The translations under genes and the position numbers were made by a program. From an uncultured delta proteobacterium (GTDB lineage Bacteria > Desulfobacterota > Binatia > Binatales > Binataceae), in the NCBI GenBank assembly GCA_963749215.1, contig CAVVMA010000012.1:281629-345628 (forward strand): a DNA stretch of 64,000 bases, written 5' to 3'. The notes below the pieces were generated by a model, which searched no databases, was not told the origin of the DNA, and saw nothing but the letters and a program-made list of their open reading frames with translations. Positions 18,348 to 27,702 of the stretch are shown piece after piece. Each line of letters begins with the position of its first letter. Positions within the stretch are counted from its first letter, which is position 1.

Positions 18348-18455
18348 CCCTCTCCCGTTGGCCGGGAGAGGGCTGGGGTGAGGGTCCGACAGAAAAAGAA
18401 TCGCAGAATTCTGAACGACCCTCACCCGCACCCACTCCCAGACGATGGGAGAGGG
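18348..18455. repeat. Composite palindromic repeat: two inverted 39-nt arms around a 30-nt AT-rich spacer
   Basis: Left arm ccctctcccgttggccgggagagggctggggtgagggtc (18348-18386). Right arm gaccctcacccgcacccactcccagacgatgggagaggg (18417-18455). The spacer contains the palindrome cagaattctg. Confidence 0.85.
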
Positions 18456-18489
18456 CTCAGAGTTCCTGCGCGTGGAGACCGCTGACCCG

Positions 18490-19353
18490 ATGACGCAGCT
18501 CTTCCGGCGGATGACGGTATGCGGCGTCGGCCTGATCGGCGGCTCGCTCGCGATGATCGCGCGGCGCGAGGGCCTGGTCGGGGAGATCGTCGGCCTGGGG
18601 CGCACTCAGAAAAATCTCGACGTCGCGATCGAACGGAAGATCGTCGATCGCGCCACGCAGGATCCCGCCGTGGCGGCTCGCGATGCCGATCTCGTCGTGC
18701 TCGCGGTTCCGGTGCGCACTATCCCCGAGGCGTTCGCCGCGATCGCGCCCCATCTGGCCCGCGACGCCGTGGTGACCGATGTCGGGAGCGTGAAGGCCTG
18801 GGTGGTGCGCGAGCTGGAGCCGAGGCTGGGCCCCGCGATGGCGCTGGTTGCGGCGCATCCGGTGGCCGGCAAGGAAACCACCGGCGCGGTCGCAGCCGAC
18901 CCTGAGCTGTTCAAGGACCGCCGCGTGATCATCACGCCTTCGGCGCGCAGCACGCCCGAGGCGATCGCAAGGATCGAGGCGCTCTGGCGCGCGACCGGCG
19001 CCCGCGTCGAGCGGATGGAGCCCGAGGTTCATGACCGGATTCTCGCCCGCGCGAGCCATCTGCCGCAGATCGTCGCGAGCGCGCTGGGCGCCGCGCTGGC
19101 TGACGAACGAGTCGGCGGCCGGCTCGCCGCCGAGTTCGGCGCGAGCGGACTGCGCGACACGACGCGGATCGCGGCCTCGTCGCCCGAGATGTGGCGCGAC
19201 ATCTGTTTGACCAATCGGGAGGCGATTGTGTCCGCGCTGGAGCTTTATCGCGCGACCTTGGATGAATTCCTTATGGCGCTCGAACGCGGCGACGGCGCCG
19301 CGCTCGAAGCGCTCTTCGAGCGGGGCCGCAAGTTTCGCGAGCGGCTCAAATGA
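18490..19353 (+). CDS. tyrA: Prephenate dehydrogenase
   Basis: [12 protein letters not shown] Rossmann motif and AAHPVAGKE. Start chosen downstream of the repeat element and is uncertain. Confidence 0.85.
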   Translation: MTQLFRRMTVCGVGLIGGSLAMIARREGLVGEIVGLGRTQKNLDVAIERKIVDRATQDPAVAARDADLVVLAVPVRTIPEAFAAIAPHLARDAVVTDVGSVKAWVVRELEPRLGPAMALVAAHPVAGKETTGAVAADPELFKDRRVIITPSARSTPEAIARIEALWRATGARVERMEPEVHDRILARASHLPQIVASALGAALADERVGGRLAAEFGASGLRDTTRIAASSPEMWRDICLTNREAIVSALELYRATLDEFLMALERGDGAALEALFERGRKFRERLK

Positions 19354-19369
19354 AGCGCGAGCGGCTTCG

Positions 19370-20063
19370 ATGACGCGCGCGGCGAATCGTGCGCGGCCGA
19401 TAATCGCGATCGACGGTCCGGTCGGCGCCGGGAAGTCGACCGTCGCGCGGGGGCTCGCGCGCGCGCTGGGGTTCGCTTACGTGAATACCGGCGCGATGTA
19501 CCGCGCGGTCGCGCTGGCGGCGCGCGAGGCCGGGATCAAGTCCCGATGATTCCGACTTGCCGGGGAAGTTCCCACCGCTGCTCGAATCGATCGATATCGC
19601 ATTCGCCGGCGAGCGGCTCATCCTCAACGGGCGCGACGTAACTGCGGCGCTCGCGGAACCCGGGATCGGCGATCTCGCTTCGCGCTTCTCCACGCTGCCG
19701 ATCGTGCGCGCGCGGATGCGCGAGTTGCAGCGCGCGGCCGGCGCCGCCGGCGGAGTCGTGATGGAGGGCCGCGACATCGGCACCGCGGTCTTTCCCGACG
19801 CGGAGTTCAAGTTCTTCCTCGACGCGGACGTGAGAGTCCGCGCCGGGCGCCGCTTTGAGGAGCTCGCCGCGATGGGCGTGAAGATCACCCGCGAGCAGGT
19901 GCTGGAACAATTGACCGAGCGCGACCGTCGCGACCGCAGCCGCGAGCTCGCGCCGCTTCGGTGCGCTGCCGACGCAATCGTGATCGATTCAAGCGCTCTG
20001 GATGCTCAACGGGTGATCGAAGAGATCAAGCGGCGAATCGAAGCTAGTCCCGTGAGCCCTTGA
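19370..20063 (+). CDS. cmk: Cytidylate kinase, reading frame broken near 19541-19549
   Basis: [15 protein letters not shown]...NTGAMYR is in one frame (stop at 19547-19549). It continues in the +1 frame as DDSDLPGKF...[23 protein letters not shown]. Confidence 0.85.
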
Positions 20064-20130
20064 AACACAACTAGCCCGGTTGTATGAATCGCAGGTAGTC
20101 CCGTCACCTCAGGAAGGTCCTCTTTTTAAC

Positions 20131-21882
20131 ATGGAGAAAGTTTTGTCTGAGTCTGAAATGGTAGTCGGAGGAGACAATGAATTCGAGTCGCTGATGGAGC
20201 AGAGCCTGCGCGCTCCCCGGCCGGGCGATGTCCTCGTGGGCAGGGTCCTGGCGGTGGGCCGCGACAACGTCATCGTCGACATCAATTACAAGTGCGAAGG
20301 GCAGGTGCCGCTCGCCGAGTTCCTTGACTCCGACGGAAACGTTGCGGTCAACGAAGGCGACGAGATCGACGTCCTGTTCGAGGGCACCGAGACCGAGAAC
20401 GGAACGGTGATGCTGTCGCATGCCAAGGCCGAGAAGTTCAAGGTCTGGCGCGAGCTCGAAAAGGCCTTCCGCGAAGAATCGCCGGTCGAGGGTGTGATCC
20501 TCGGCAAGGTCAAAGGCGGCCTCAAGGTCGATATCGGGGTGCCGGCCTTTCTGCCGGGTTCGCACGTCGATATCCGGCCGGCCCGCAACCTCGATCGGTA
20601 CATCGGCCAGCGCGGACGCTTCCAGTTGCTCAAGTTCAATCGCTCGCGCGGCAACGTGGTGGTCTCGCGCCGCAGCGTCCTGGAGCGCGAGCGCTCCTCG
20701 CTCAAGGAGCAGACCCTCAAGGTGCTCGAAGAGGGCGTGATCCTCGAAGGCACCGTCAAGAACATCACCGACTACGGCGCCTTCATCGATCTTGGCGGTA
20801 TCGACGGCCTGCTGCACATAACCGACATGTCGTGGGGCCGCCTGCAGCATCCGTCCGAAGTGGTGAAAGTCGGAGACCACATCCGGGTCGTCGTGCTCAA
20901 GTACGATCCCTCGCGCGAGCGGGTCTCGCTGGGGATGAAGCAGATCATGACCGACCCGTGGACCAAGGCCGCGGAGACCTATCCGCCCGGCGCGCGGGTC
21001 AGCGGCAAGGTGGTGAGCGTCACCGATTACGGTGCGTTCGTCGAGCTCGAGAAGGGAATCGAGGGGCTCGTGCACGTCTCCGAGATGAGCTGGAGCAAAC
21101 GCGCGGTCCATCCCTCCAAGGTCGTCAACGTCGGCGATATGGTCGAGGTGCAGATCCTCGGCGTCGATGAAGCCAACCGGCGGATCTCGCTGGGGCTCAA
21201 GCAGACCGAGCCCAATCCGTGGCAGGAGCTTGCGCAACGCCATCCGACCGGCAGCACGGTCAAGGGCAAGGTCAAGTCGATCACCGACTTCGGCGTGTTC
21301 GTCGAGATCGAGCCGGGAATCGACGGTCTGGTGCATATCTCGGATCTCTCGTGGACCAAGAAGGTTCGCCATCCCTCGGAGATCTTCAAGAAGGGCGACG
21401 AGGTCGAGGCGGTGGTGGTCGGAATCGAGGTCGAGCAGGAGCGCGTGAGCCTCGGAATCAAACAGCTCAGCGCCGATCCGTGGAGCACCGTCGCGGAGCG
21501 CTATCCGATCAATTCAAAAGTGCAGGGCAAGGTCAGTTCGGTCGCAGACTTCGGCGTGTTCGTCGAGCTGGAAGAAGGAATCGAGGGCCTGATTCACATC
21601 TCGCAGCTCAGCTCGGAGCGGGTCGACAAGCCCTCGGCGCTGTACAAGCCGGACGACCCGGTCGAAGCGCTGGTCGTGCAGCTCGACGCCAAGGAACGGC
21701 GGATCGGGCTGTCGGTACGATCGCTCAAGCAGCGCGAGGAGCGCGAGGAAATGCAGGCCTACCTCAAGCCCCAGCACGAGGCGGCGCGCTTCTCGCTCGA
21801 AGACATCCTGAACGAAGAGCTCAAGCTCGATCGCGAGGACGCCGGCAAGACTACACGTGGCAGCCGGGGACGCGACCATTAA
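20131..21882 (+). CDS. rpsA: 30S ribosomal protein S1
   Basis: Six S1 domains, for example GTVKNITDYGAFIDLGGIDGLLHITDMSW and GKVVSVTDYGAFVELEKGIEGLVHVSEMSW. Start uncertain (20080-20158). Confidence 0.95.
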   Translation: MEKVLSESEMVVGGDNEFESLMEQSLRAPRPGDVLVGRVLAVGRDNVIVDINYKCEGQVPLAEFLDSDGNVAVNEGDEIDVLFEGTETENGTVMLSHAKAEKFKVWRELEKAFREESPVEGVILGKVKGGLKVDIGVPAFLPGSHVDIRPARNLDRYIGQRGRFQLLKFNRSRGNVVVSRRSVLERERSSLKEQTLKVLEEGVILEGTVKNITDYGAFIDLGGIDGLLHITDMSWGRLQHPSEVVKVGDHIRVVVLKYDPSRERVSLGMKQIMTDPWTKAAETYPPGARVSGKVVSVTDYGAFVELEKGIEGLVHVSEMSWSKRAVHPSKVVNVGDMVEVQILGVDEANRRISLGLKQTEPNPWQELAQRHPTGSTVKGKVKSITDFGVFVEIEPGIDGLVHISDLSWTKKVRHPSEIFKKGDEVEAVVVGIEVEQERVSLGIKQLSADPWSTVAERYPINSKVQGKVSSVADFGVFVELEEGIEGLIHISQLSSERVDKPSALYKPDDPVEALVVQLDAKERRIGLSVRSLKQREEREEMQAYLKPQHEAARFSLEDILNEELKLDREDAGKTTRGSRGRDH

Positions 21883-21926
21883 CGCGCGTGTCGGCCTCCG
21901 CCCGCCAGGGGGCAGGGAGCTGCGCG

Positions 21927-22229
21927 ATGACCAAGCGCGGAATAATCGACGAGCTGTTGTCGCATCGCCAGAACGTTTCGCATCGCGAGGCCGAGACCAT
22001 CGTCAACGCGATCTTCGACGAGATGGCCAAGGTGCTGGCCAGGGGAGATCGAATCGAGATTCGCGGCTTCGGCAGCTTCGCGGTCAAGCAACGGCGCGCC
22101 CGCCAGGGACGCAATCCCAAGACCGGCGAAGTAGTCGTGGTGGAAGCCAAGCGTATTCCGTTCTTTCGCGCCGGCAAGGAACTCCGAATCGAGGTTAATG
22201 GCGGCGCGGCGCAGGGCGGCACGTCATAG
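21927..22229 (+). CDS. ihfB: Integration host factor subunit beta (HU/IHF family)
   Basis: MTKRGIIDEL...GDRIEIRGFGSFAVKQRRARQGRNPKTGE...FRAGKELR closely parallels IHF-beta. Confidence 0.9.
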   Translation: MTKRGIIDELLSHRQNVSHREAETIVNAIFDEMAKVLARGDRIEIRGFGSFAVKQRRARQGRNPKTGEVVVVEAKRIPFFRAGKELRIEVNGGAAQGGTS

Positions 22230-22761
22230 CAGCTCCGGCGCGCCGGGGCGCGATCGCAGGCTGTGGGCGCCCTGGCGCGAGGCCTATTTGCGCGCGTCGG
22301 GAACCAATCCGAACGGCGGCTGTATCTTCTGTTTCGGCGATCTCTCAGCGCGCGAGCGCCGGCGCCGGCTGGTGCTCTATACCGATCCGCTCGCGCTGGT
22401 GATGCTCAACCTCTATCCCTACAACAACGGCCACATCATGATCGCGCCGCGGCGCCATCTCGCCTCGCCCGAGCAGCTCGATCCGCGAGAGCGCGCGCTG
22501 CTGGGCGACCTGATGGCCCAGGCGGTGGCCGCGATGCGCCCGCTGCTGAATCCCGCCGGATTCAATCTCGGCGCCAACCTGGGACGCAGCGCGGGCGCGG
22601 GCTTCGCCGACCACATGCATTGGCACGTGGTCCCGCGATGGGAGGGCGACACGAACTTCATGCCGGTGATAAGCTCGACTCGCGTGCTGTCGCAGCATCT
22701 CGAAGCGAGCTTCGACCTGCTGAGCCCGATTTTCAAAACGATGGCGCTTTCCGTATCCTAG
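22198..22761 (+). CDS. HIT family protein (Ap4A phosphorylase-like)
   Basis: LWAPWR, GCIFC, LNLYPYNNGHIMIAPRRH, and the histidine triad HMHWHVVPRW. Start uncertain; overlaps the ihfB end. Confidence 0.8.
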   Translation: MAARRRAARHSSSGAPGRDRRLWAPWREAYLRASGTNPNGGCIFCFGDLSARERRRRLVLYTDPLALVMLNLYPYNNGHIMIAPRRHLASPEQLDPRERALLGDLMAQAVAAMRPLLNPAGFNLGANLGRSAGAGFADHMHWHVVPRWEGDTNFMPVISSTRVLSQHLEASFDLLSPIFKTMALSVS

Positions 22762-22792
22762 ACGGGAATTGGAGAGCCTTGCGGCATCTGCG

Positions 22793-24202
22793 ATGGAAAA
22801 AAGCCTGAACCAGATCGGCAACCTCGGGGAACTCAAGAGCGCGGGATATCAGGTGAAAGACGTGCGTCTGGAGATGCGCGCCAACCTGCTCGCGAGGCTG
22901 CAAAACAAGCAGCGCATCCTGCCGGGGATCGTCGGCTACGACGATTCGGTCGTGCCGGAGATCGAAAACGGCGTGCTCGCCGGCCATCACATGGTGTTCC
23001 TCGGCGAGCGCGGGCAGGCCAAGTCGCGGATCATCCGCTCGCTGGCCCTGCTGCTCGACGAATTCGTACCGGCGGTCAAGGGCTGCGAGATCAACGATAA
23101 TCCGCTCGCGCCGATTTGCCAGCGATGCCGCCGCGAGCTGGCCGCGAAGGGCGACGCGCTCGAAATCGAATGGATCGGGCGCGAGCGGCGCTATGCCGAG
23201 AAGCTCGCAACGCCCGACGTCACGGTGGCGGACCTGATCGGCGAGATCGATCCGATCAAAGTTGCCGAGGGGCGCTACCTGGCCGACGAGGAGACCATCC
23301 ACTTCGGCCTCATCCCGCGCACCAATCGCGGCATCTTCGCGATCAACGAGCTGCCCGACCTTACCGAGAAGGTCCAGGTCGGCCTGTTCAATCTGATGGA
23401 AGAAAAGGACGTGCAGATCAAGGGCTACCGCGTCCGCCTTCCGCTCGACATCGTATTCGTCGCGAGCGCGAATCCCGAGGATTACACCTCGCGCGGCCGG
23501 ATCATCACGCCGCTGAAAGACCGCTTCGACATCCAGATTCGCACGCACTATCCGAAAACCCTGGAAGACGAAGTCGCGATCATGGAGCAGGAGTGCTCCT
23601 ATCCGATGCGCGACGATATGCAGCTTCGGGTCCCGCAGTTCATGAAGGAGATCATCGCGCAGATAACCTTTGAGGCGCGCGCCTCCAACGAGATCAACCA
23701 GAGCTCGGGCGTGTCGGTGCGCGTGACGATCAACAACTTCGAGTCCGCGATCTCCAACGCCGAGAAGCGCGCGATCCGAAACGGCGAAAACGAGTTCGTG
23801 CCGCGGCTCTCCGATCTCCATTCGCTGTACGCTTCGACCGCCGGCAAGATCGAGCTCGAATACGTCGGCGAAGACAAGAAGGAAGAGGACCTGATCGAGC
23901 GGCTGATCAACCGCGCCGTGCTCAAGGTGTTCGACCGCTGCCTCAAAGTCGAGGACTTAAAGCGCGTGATCGGCTACTTCGAGCAGGGCTGGGGCGTCGA
24001 GGTCTCGGACACCTCGCCGGCTTCGGACTACGTCGAGCCGCTGCGCGAGATTCCCGACCTGCGCGAGACGATCGAGAAGCTCGGCGCGTTCGAGAGTCCC
24101 GGCCTGATGGCGGCGGCGAGCGAGCTGGTCTTCGAGGGCCTGCACCTCCATCAGAAGCTCAACAAGGATCGCCAGGGAGGCCGCTTCGCGTATCACGCGT
24201 GA
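22793..24202 (+). CDS. ChlI/BchI-like (Mg-chelatase-type) AAA+ ATPase
   Basis: Walker A-like FLGERGQAKS, Walker B/sensor GIFAINELPDL, VFVASANPEDY...GRIITPLKDRF. Confidence 0.7.
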   Translation: MEKSLNQIGNLGELKSAGYQVKDVRLEMRANLLARLQNKQRILPGIVGYDDSVVPEIENGVLAGHHMVFLGERGQAKSRIIRSLALLLDEFVPAVKGCEINDNPLAPICQRCRRELAAKGDALEIEWIGRERRYAEKLATPDVTVADLIGEIDPIKVAEGRYLADEETIHFGLIPRTNRGIFAINELPDLTEKVQVGLFNLMEEKDVQIKGYRVRLPLDIVFVASANPEDYTSRGRIITPLKDRFDIQIRTHYPKTLEDEVAIMEQECSYPMRDDMQLRVPQFMKEIIAQITFEARASNEINQSSGVSVRVTINNFESAISNAEKRAIRNGENEFVPRLSDLHSLYASTAGKIELEYVGEDKKEEDLIERLINRAVLKVFDRCLKVEDLKRVIGYFEQGWGVEVSDTSPASDYVEPLREIPDLRETIEKLGAFESPGLMAAASELVFEGLHLHQKLNKDRQGGRFAYHA

Positions 24203-24212
24203 CCGGGCCGCG

Positions 24213-25805
24213 ATGGTAGTCAACCGCTACGCCCAGTGGGACGGCACCCAGAAGCTCAGGCTCGACGCCGACAAGGTGTTCGAGAAGCTGGCCGAGTATC
24301 TCTCCTACACCGACGACATCCGCCAGGCGATGGAATGGATGATGCGCCAGGGGCTCGACTTCGACGGCGTGAAGGTGATGGGCCTGGAGGAGTTCCTCGA
24401 ACAGATTCGCCAGGAGATGCGCCAGCGCTACCGCGAGTTCAACCTCAAGGACTCGCTGTCCGAAATGGAAGAGCAACTCGAGGACATTCTGCGCCGCGAA
24501 CGCGAGACGCTGGAGGGGCTCAAGGGCAAGAAGCAGGGCGTCGAGGAAAAGCAGCGCCAGATCGCCCGGATGCCGCGCCGGCTCAGCGAATCGCTCCGCA
24601 AGCTGGAGAGCTACGACTTCGAGGACGCCGGGGCCAAGACCGACTTCGAAGCGCTGCTGGACGAATACGAGAACATCCGCGACCTCGAAAATTTCCGCGA
24701 TCGCCACGGCCATCTCTTCCACGGCCCCAAGAGCCTCAGCTTCGAGCAGGCGGTCGAGCTGATGCGCGAGATGGAGCGGCTCAAGCAGCTCGAGCAGGAC
24801 CTGATGTCGGGCAACTTCGAGACCATCTCGATGGAAGACCTGAAGGAACTGCTCGGGCAGCAGGCGATGCAGGACTTTCAGAACCTGCGCCAGGTCGTGC
24901 TGCTGCTGAGCCAGTCCGGCTACCTCGCGCAGAAGGGCGATCACCTGCAGCTTTCGCCCAAGGGCGTGCGGCGAATCGGGCAACTCGCGCTGCGCGACAT
25001 CTACCAGGGGCTGCTCAAGGACCGCGCCGGCTCGCACCTCACCGACCATCGCGGCATCACGGAGATCCGCCCCGAGGAGATCAAGCCGTACCACTACGGC
25101 GATCCGCTCAATCTCGATCTGGTCTCGACGCTGAAACATTCGCTGTCGCGCAAGCCGGGCGTGCCGCTGCAGCTTTCGCCCGACGACTTCGAGGTGTTCG
25201 AGAACGACTACGGCAGCTCGTCGTCGACCGTGCTGTGCCTCGATATGTCGTGGTCGATGAGCTGGGAGGGGCGCTTCGCGGCGGCCAAGAAAGTCGCGAT
25301 GGCGCTGGAGACGCTGATCCGCTCGAAGTTCCCGCGCGACTTCTTCTCGATCGTCGGCTTCTTCACCCGCGCGGTGGAACTCAAGCTCAAGGACCTGCCC
25401 GAAGCGTCGTGGAACATGGGCGACCCGTTCACGAACCTCCAGGACGGCCTGCGGCTCGCCGGCGATCTGCTGTCGCGCCATCCTTCGCGCAACCAGCACA
25501 TCATCGTGATCACCGACGGCCAGCCGACCGCCTACTTCCTCAACAAGCGGCTGTATTGCGAATGGCCGCTCTCCTTCGGCGGCATCAGCATGCGCGCGGC
25601 GCAGGAGACGCTCAAGGAAGTCGAGCGGGTCACGCGCAAGGGAATCACGATCAACACCTTCATGCTCGACGACTCGCCGAGCCTGCGCGCGTTCGTCGAG
25701 AAGATGACCCAGATCAACCGCGGCCGCGCGCTCTATACCCGCCCCGACCATCTCGGCGAATACATGCTGGTCGATTACCTGGCCCGCAAGCGCAAGCGCG
25801 TGTGA
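24213..25805 (+). CDS. VWA domain-containing protein (partner of the AAA+ ATPase)
   Basis: Long coiled-coil-like N-terminus, then a VWA/MIDAS core VLCLDMSWSMS...IIVITDGQPTA. Confidence 0.75.
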   Translation: MVVNRYAQWDGTQKLRLDADKVFEKLAEYLSYTDDIRQAMEWMMRQGLDFDGVKVMGLEEFLEQIRQEMRQRYREFNLKDSLSEMEEQLEDILRRERETLEGLKGKKQGVEEKQRQIARMPRRLSESLRKLESYDFEDAGAKTDFEALLDEYENIRDLENFRDRHGHLFHGPKSLSFEQAVELMREMERLKQLEQDLMSGNFETISMEDLKELLGQQAMQDFQNLRQVVLLLSQSGYLAQKGDHLQLSPKGVRRIGQLALRDIYQGLLKDRAGSHLTDHRGITEIRPEEIKPYHYGDPLNLDLVSTLKHSLSRKPGVPLQLSPDDFEVFENDYGSSSSTVLCLDMSWSMSWEGRFAAAKKVAMALETLIRSKFPRDFFSIVGFFTRAVELKLKDLPEASWNMGDPFTNLQDGLRLAGDLLSRHPSRNQHIIVITDGQPTAYFLNKRLYCEWPLSFGGISMRAAQETLKEVERVTRKGITINTFMLDDSPSLRAFVEKMTQINRGRALYTRPDHLGEYMLVDYLARKRKRV

Positions 25806-25830
25806 CGCATGCGTCCGCCTTCAGAAGAAA

Positions 25831-25985
25831 GAGAATCGCTCCGCGTAGATTCCTCGCGGAGTCTACCCTGAGCGAAGCCGAAGGGCTCGGAATGACATGA
25901 GGTCCGAGCACTCTGCCTTTTGCCATTCCGAGCGGAGTCATGCGCCGGGGGCGATTCGGAGCGAGGAATCTACGCGGAGCGATTC
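25831..25985. repeat. Nested palindromic element with perfect 26-bp inverted arms
   Basis: agaatcgctccgcgtagattcctcgc (25831-25856) is the exact reverse complement of gcgaggaatctacgcggagcgattct (25960-25985). An inner 9-bp inverted pair is ctcggaatg / cattccgag. Confidence 0.9.
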
Positions 25986-26013
25986 TATCTCTTCGCACCC
26001 TGACAATCGCGGC

Positions 26014-26790
26014 GTGAGCGCGCCCGAGCCGGGCCAAATCCACGCCGGCGACTGTATCGAGCTGATGCGCCGATGGCCCGACGGATGCATCGACGCCTGC
26101 ATCACCGACCCGCCCTACAACATGAGCCGCGAGAAAGGACTCGGATGGGCTTTCAGCTCGCACGTCACGATGCAGGAGCGATGGGACCGGTTTTCGCCGG
26201 ATGGCTACCTGGATTTCACGTGCGCATGGCTGGAGCAGGTCTGCCGGCTGGTGAAGCCCAACGGCAACATCCTGATCTTCGGCAGCTTCCACAATATTTA
26301 TACGATTGGCTTCGTTCTGCAGAGCAAGCTCGCGCGGCGCGTCCTGCAACAGATCACCTGGTTCAAGCCCAACGCCCAGCCCAACATCACGGCGCGCCTG
26401 ACGACTGAGAGCACCGAGTACGTGCTGTGGGCCTGCAACAACACGCCCAAGAAAGCTGCCCGCTGGACTTTCAACTACGAGGCCGCGAAGCAAATCAACG
26501 GCGGCAAGCAACTGCGCAACCTGTGGACGATTCCATGCACGCCCAAGTCGGAGCGCGCGATGGGCGGTCATCCGGCACAGAAGCCGATCGAGCTGGTCGA
26601 GCGAATCGTAAAGCTGTGGACCAATCCCGGCGATCTCGCGCTCGATTGTTTCCTCGGCACGGGCACGACCGCGATCGCATGCGAGCGCCTTGGGCGCCGA
26701 TGGGTGGGAATCGAGAAGGATGCGGAGTACGTCGAGATCGCGCGCAAGCGGCTCGGCGTCGAGGACCCGGAACGCCGGCCGAGCCGATGA
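26014..26790 (+). CDS. Beta-class DNA methyltransferase (CcrM/M.HinfI-like N6-adenine or N4-cytosine type), solitary
   Basis: GDCIELM...IDACITDPPYN (motif IV) precedes HPAQKP and DCFLGTGTTAIACERLGRRWVGIE (motif I). GTG 26014 is preferred because the longer ORF N-terminus (from 25897) is translated repeat sequence. Confidence 0.8.
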   Translation: MSAPEPGQIHAGDCIELMRRWPDGCIDACITDPPYNMSREKGLGWAFSSHVTMQERWDRFSPDGYLDFTCAWLEQVCRLVKPNGNILIFGSFHNIYTIGFVLQSKLARRVLQQITWFKPNAQPNITARLTTESTEYVLWACNNTPKKAARWTFNYEAAKQINGGKQLRNLWTIPCTPKSERAMGGHPAQKPIELVERIVKLWTNPGDLALDCFLGTGTTAIACERLGRRWVGIEKDAEYVEIARKRLGVEDPERRPSR

Positions 26791-26797
26791 CCGTTGC

Positions 26798-27628
26798 CTA
26801 TCTTTGCCCGCTGGCGGAAAGCGCCGTGTCGATCGCCGCGCAAAAAGACTCGAACGGCAGATTGCCCACGTAGCGCTTGTCGGCGATCATGAAAGTGGGC
26901 GTGCCACTCACGCCCAGCCGAAGGCCTTCTGCGACGTTGGCCTCGATCCGATCCCGGTAGCGGGCTGAGTCGTAGCACGAGTCAAAGGCCGCCTGGTCGA
27001 GACCGAGGCGCCCGGCTAACTCCTTGAGCTGATCTGGAGCGAGCCCCGACTGACCTGTGTACAGCGCATCGCGATACGCCCAGTATTGCCCCTGCGCGCC
27101 GGCACAGCGGGCGGCCATCGCGGCGCCCTCTGCGCGCCCATATACAGCCACGAAATCCTTGTGCACCAGCAGCACGCGGTCGCCGTACTTCTCGCGCACG
27201 CGCTTGAGGGTTTCTGCCGCCTGCCGGCAAAAGGGGCACGGGAACTCGGAAAACTCTACAATCGTGACAGGGGCGTTGTCCGGACCAAGCGCCGGATCTC
27301 CCTGAGCGTCTTTGGCGCTTTCGGATGCGGCTGCCCGAGGGGCTACCGGCGCTGCGTCTTGTTCCGACGGGACGATCTCCCAGTTGTCGTCATCATCATT
27401 GCTGACGAGCGCGATCCTGTTCGGCCCCGTCGCGATGCGAGCGCGACTGATGTCACTTGCGGCCAGGAGCCTTGCCGATGGTGAGAGCAAAACGAGACAC
27501 GCGACGGCTCTCAATGCGAATCTGGCCGGACTCACGGCAGGCGTTCTCCTTTGGCGGCAGGTCGCTTCCGGCGCAGGTTGCCCTTTAGCGGCGGGTCGCA
27601 GACCAGTGCGACGCAAGACACGTTCCAC
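26798..27628 (-). CDS. DsbA-family thiol:disulfide oxidoreductase, secreted
   Basis: Thioredoxin-fold active site FSEFPCPFCRQ and C-terminal GVSGTPTF. Signal-like N-terminus. Confidence 0.8.
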   Translation of the reverse strand: MERVLRRTGLRPAAKGQPAPEATCRQRRTPAVSPARFALRAVACLVLLSPSARLLAASDISRARIATGPNRIALVSNDDDDNWEIVPSEQDAAPVAPRAAASESAKDAQGDPALGPDNAPVTIVEFSEFPCPFCRQAAETLKRVREKYGDRVLLVHKDFVAVYGRAEGAAMAARCAGAQGQYWAYRDALYTGQSGLAPDQLKELAGRLGLDQAAFDSCYDSARYRDRIEANVAEGLRLGVSGTPTFMIADKRYVGNLPFESFCAAIDTALSASGQR

Positions 27629-27702
27629 GCCGGGCTATGGCTATTCGTGCCTCAAGCGAGCGGTGAGGGGCAGCCGCGCACAGAGTTGAAGCCGTGCAAC
27701 AA

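Noticed and set aside
19541-19552. Possible programmed +1 frameshift at TCC CGA TGA T in cmk, by analogy with prfB-type stop-codon-stimulated shifting.
   Set aside because: The P-site codon CGA cannot re-pair in the +1 frame and no upstream SD-like stimulator is evident. The same +1 defect recurs in unrelated genes, so a sequencing indel is more likely.
24159-25900. Two further very long ORFs (24159-25751 minus, 530 aa; 24236-25900 plus, 554 aa) cover the same DNA as the VWA gene.
   Set aside because: Their translations are Arg/Ala/Gly/Pro/Leu-rich with no recognisable motifs. This is typical of shadow ORFs in high-GC DNA. The 24213-25805 frame has a clear VWA/MIDAS core.
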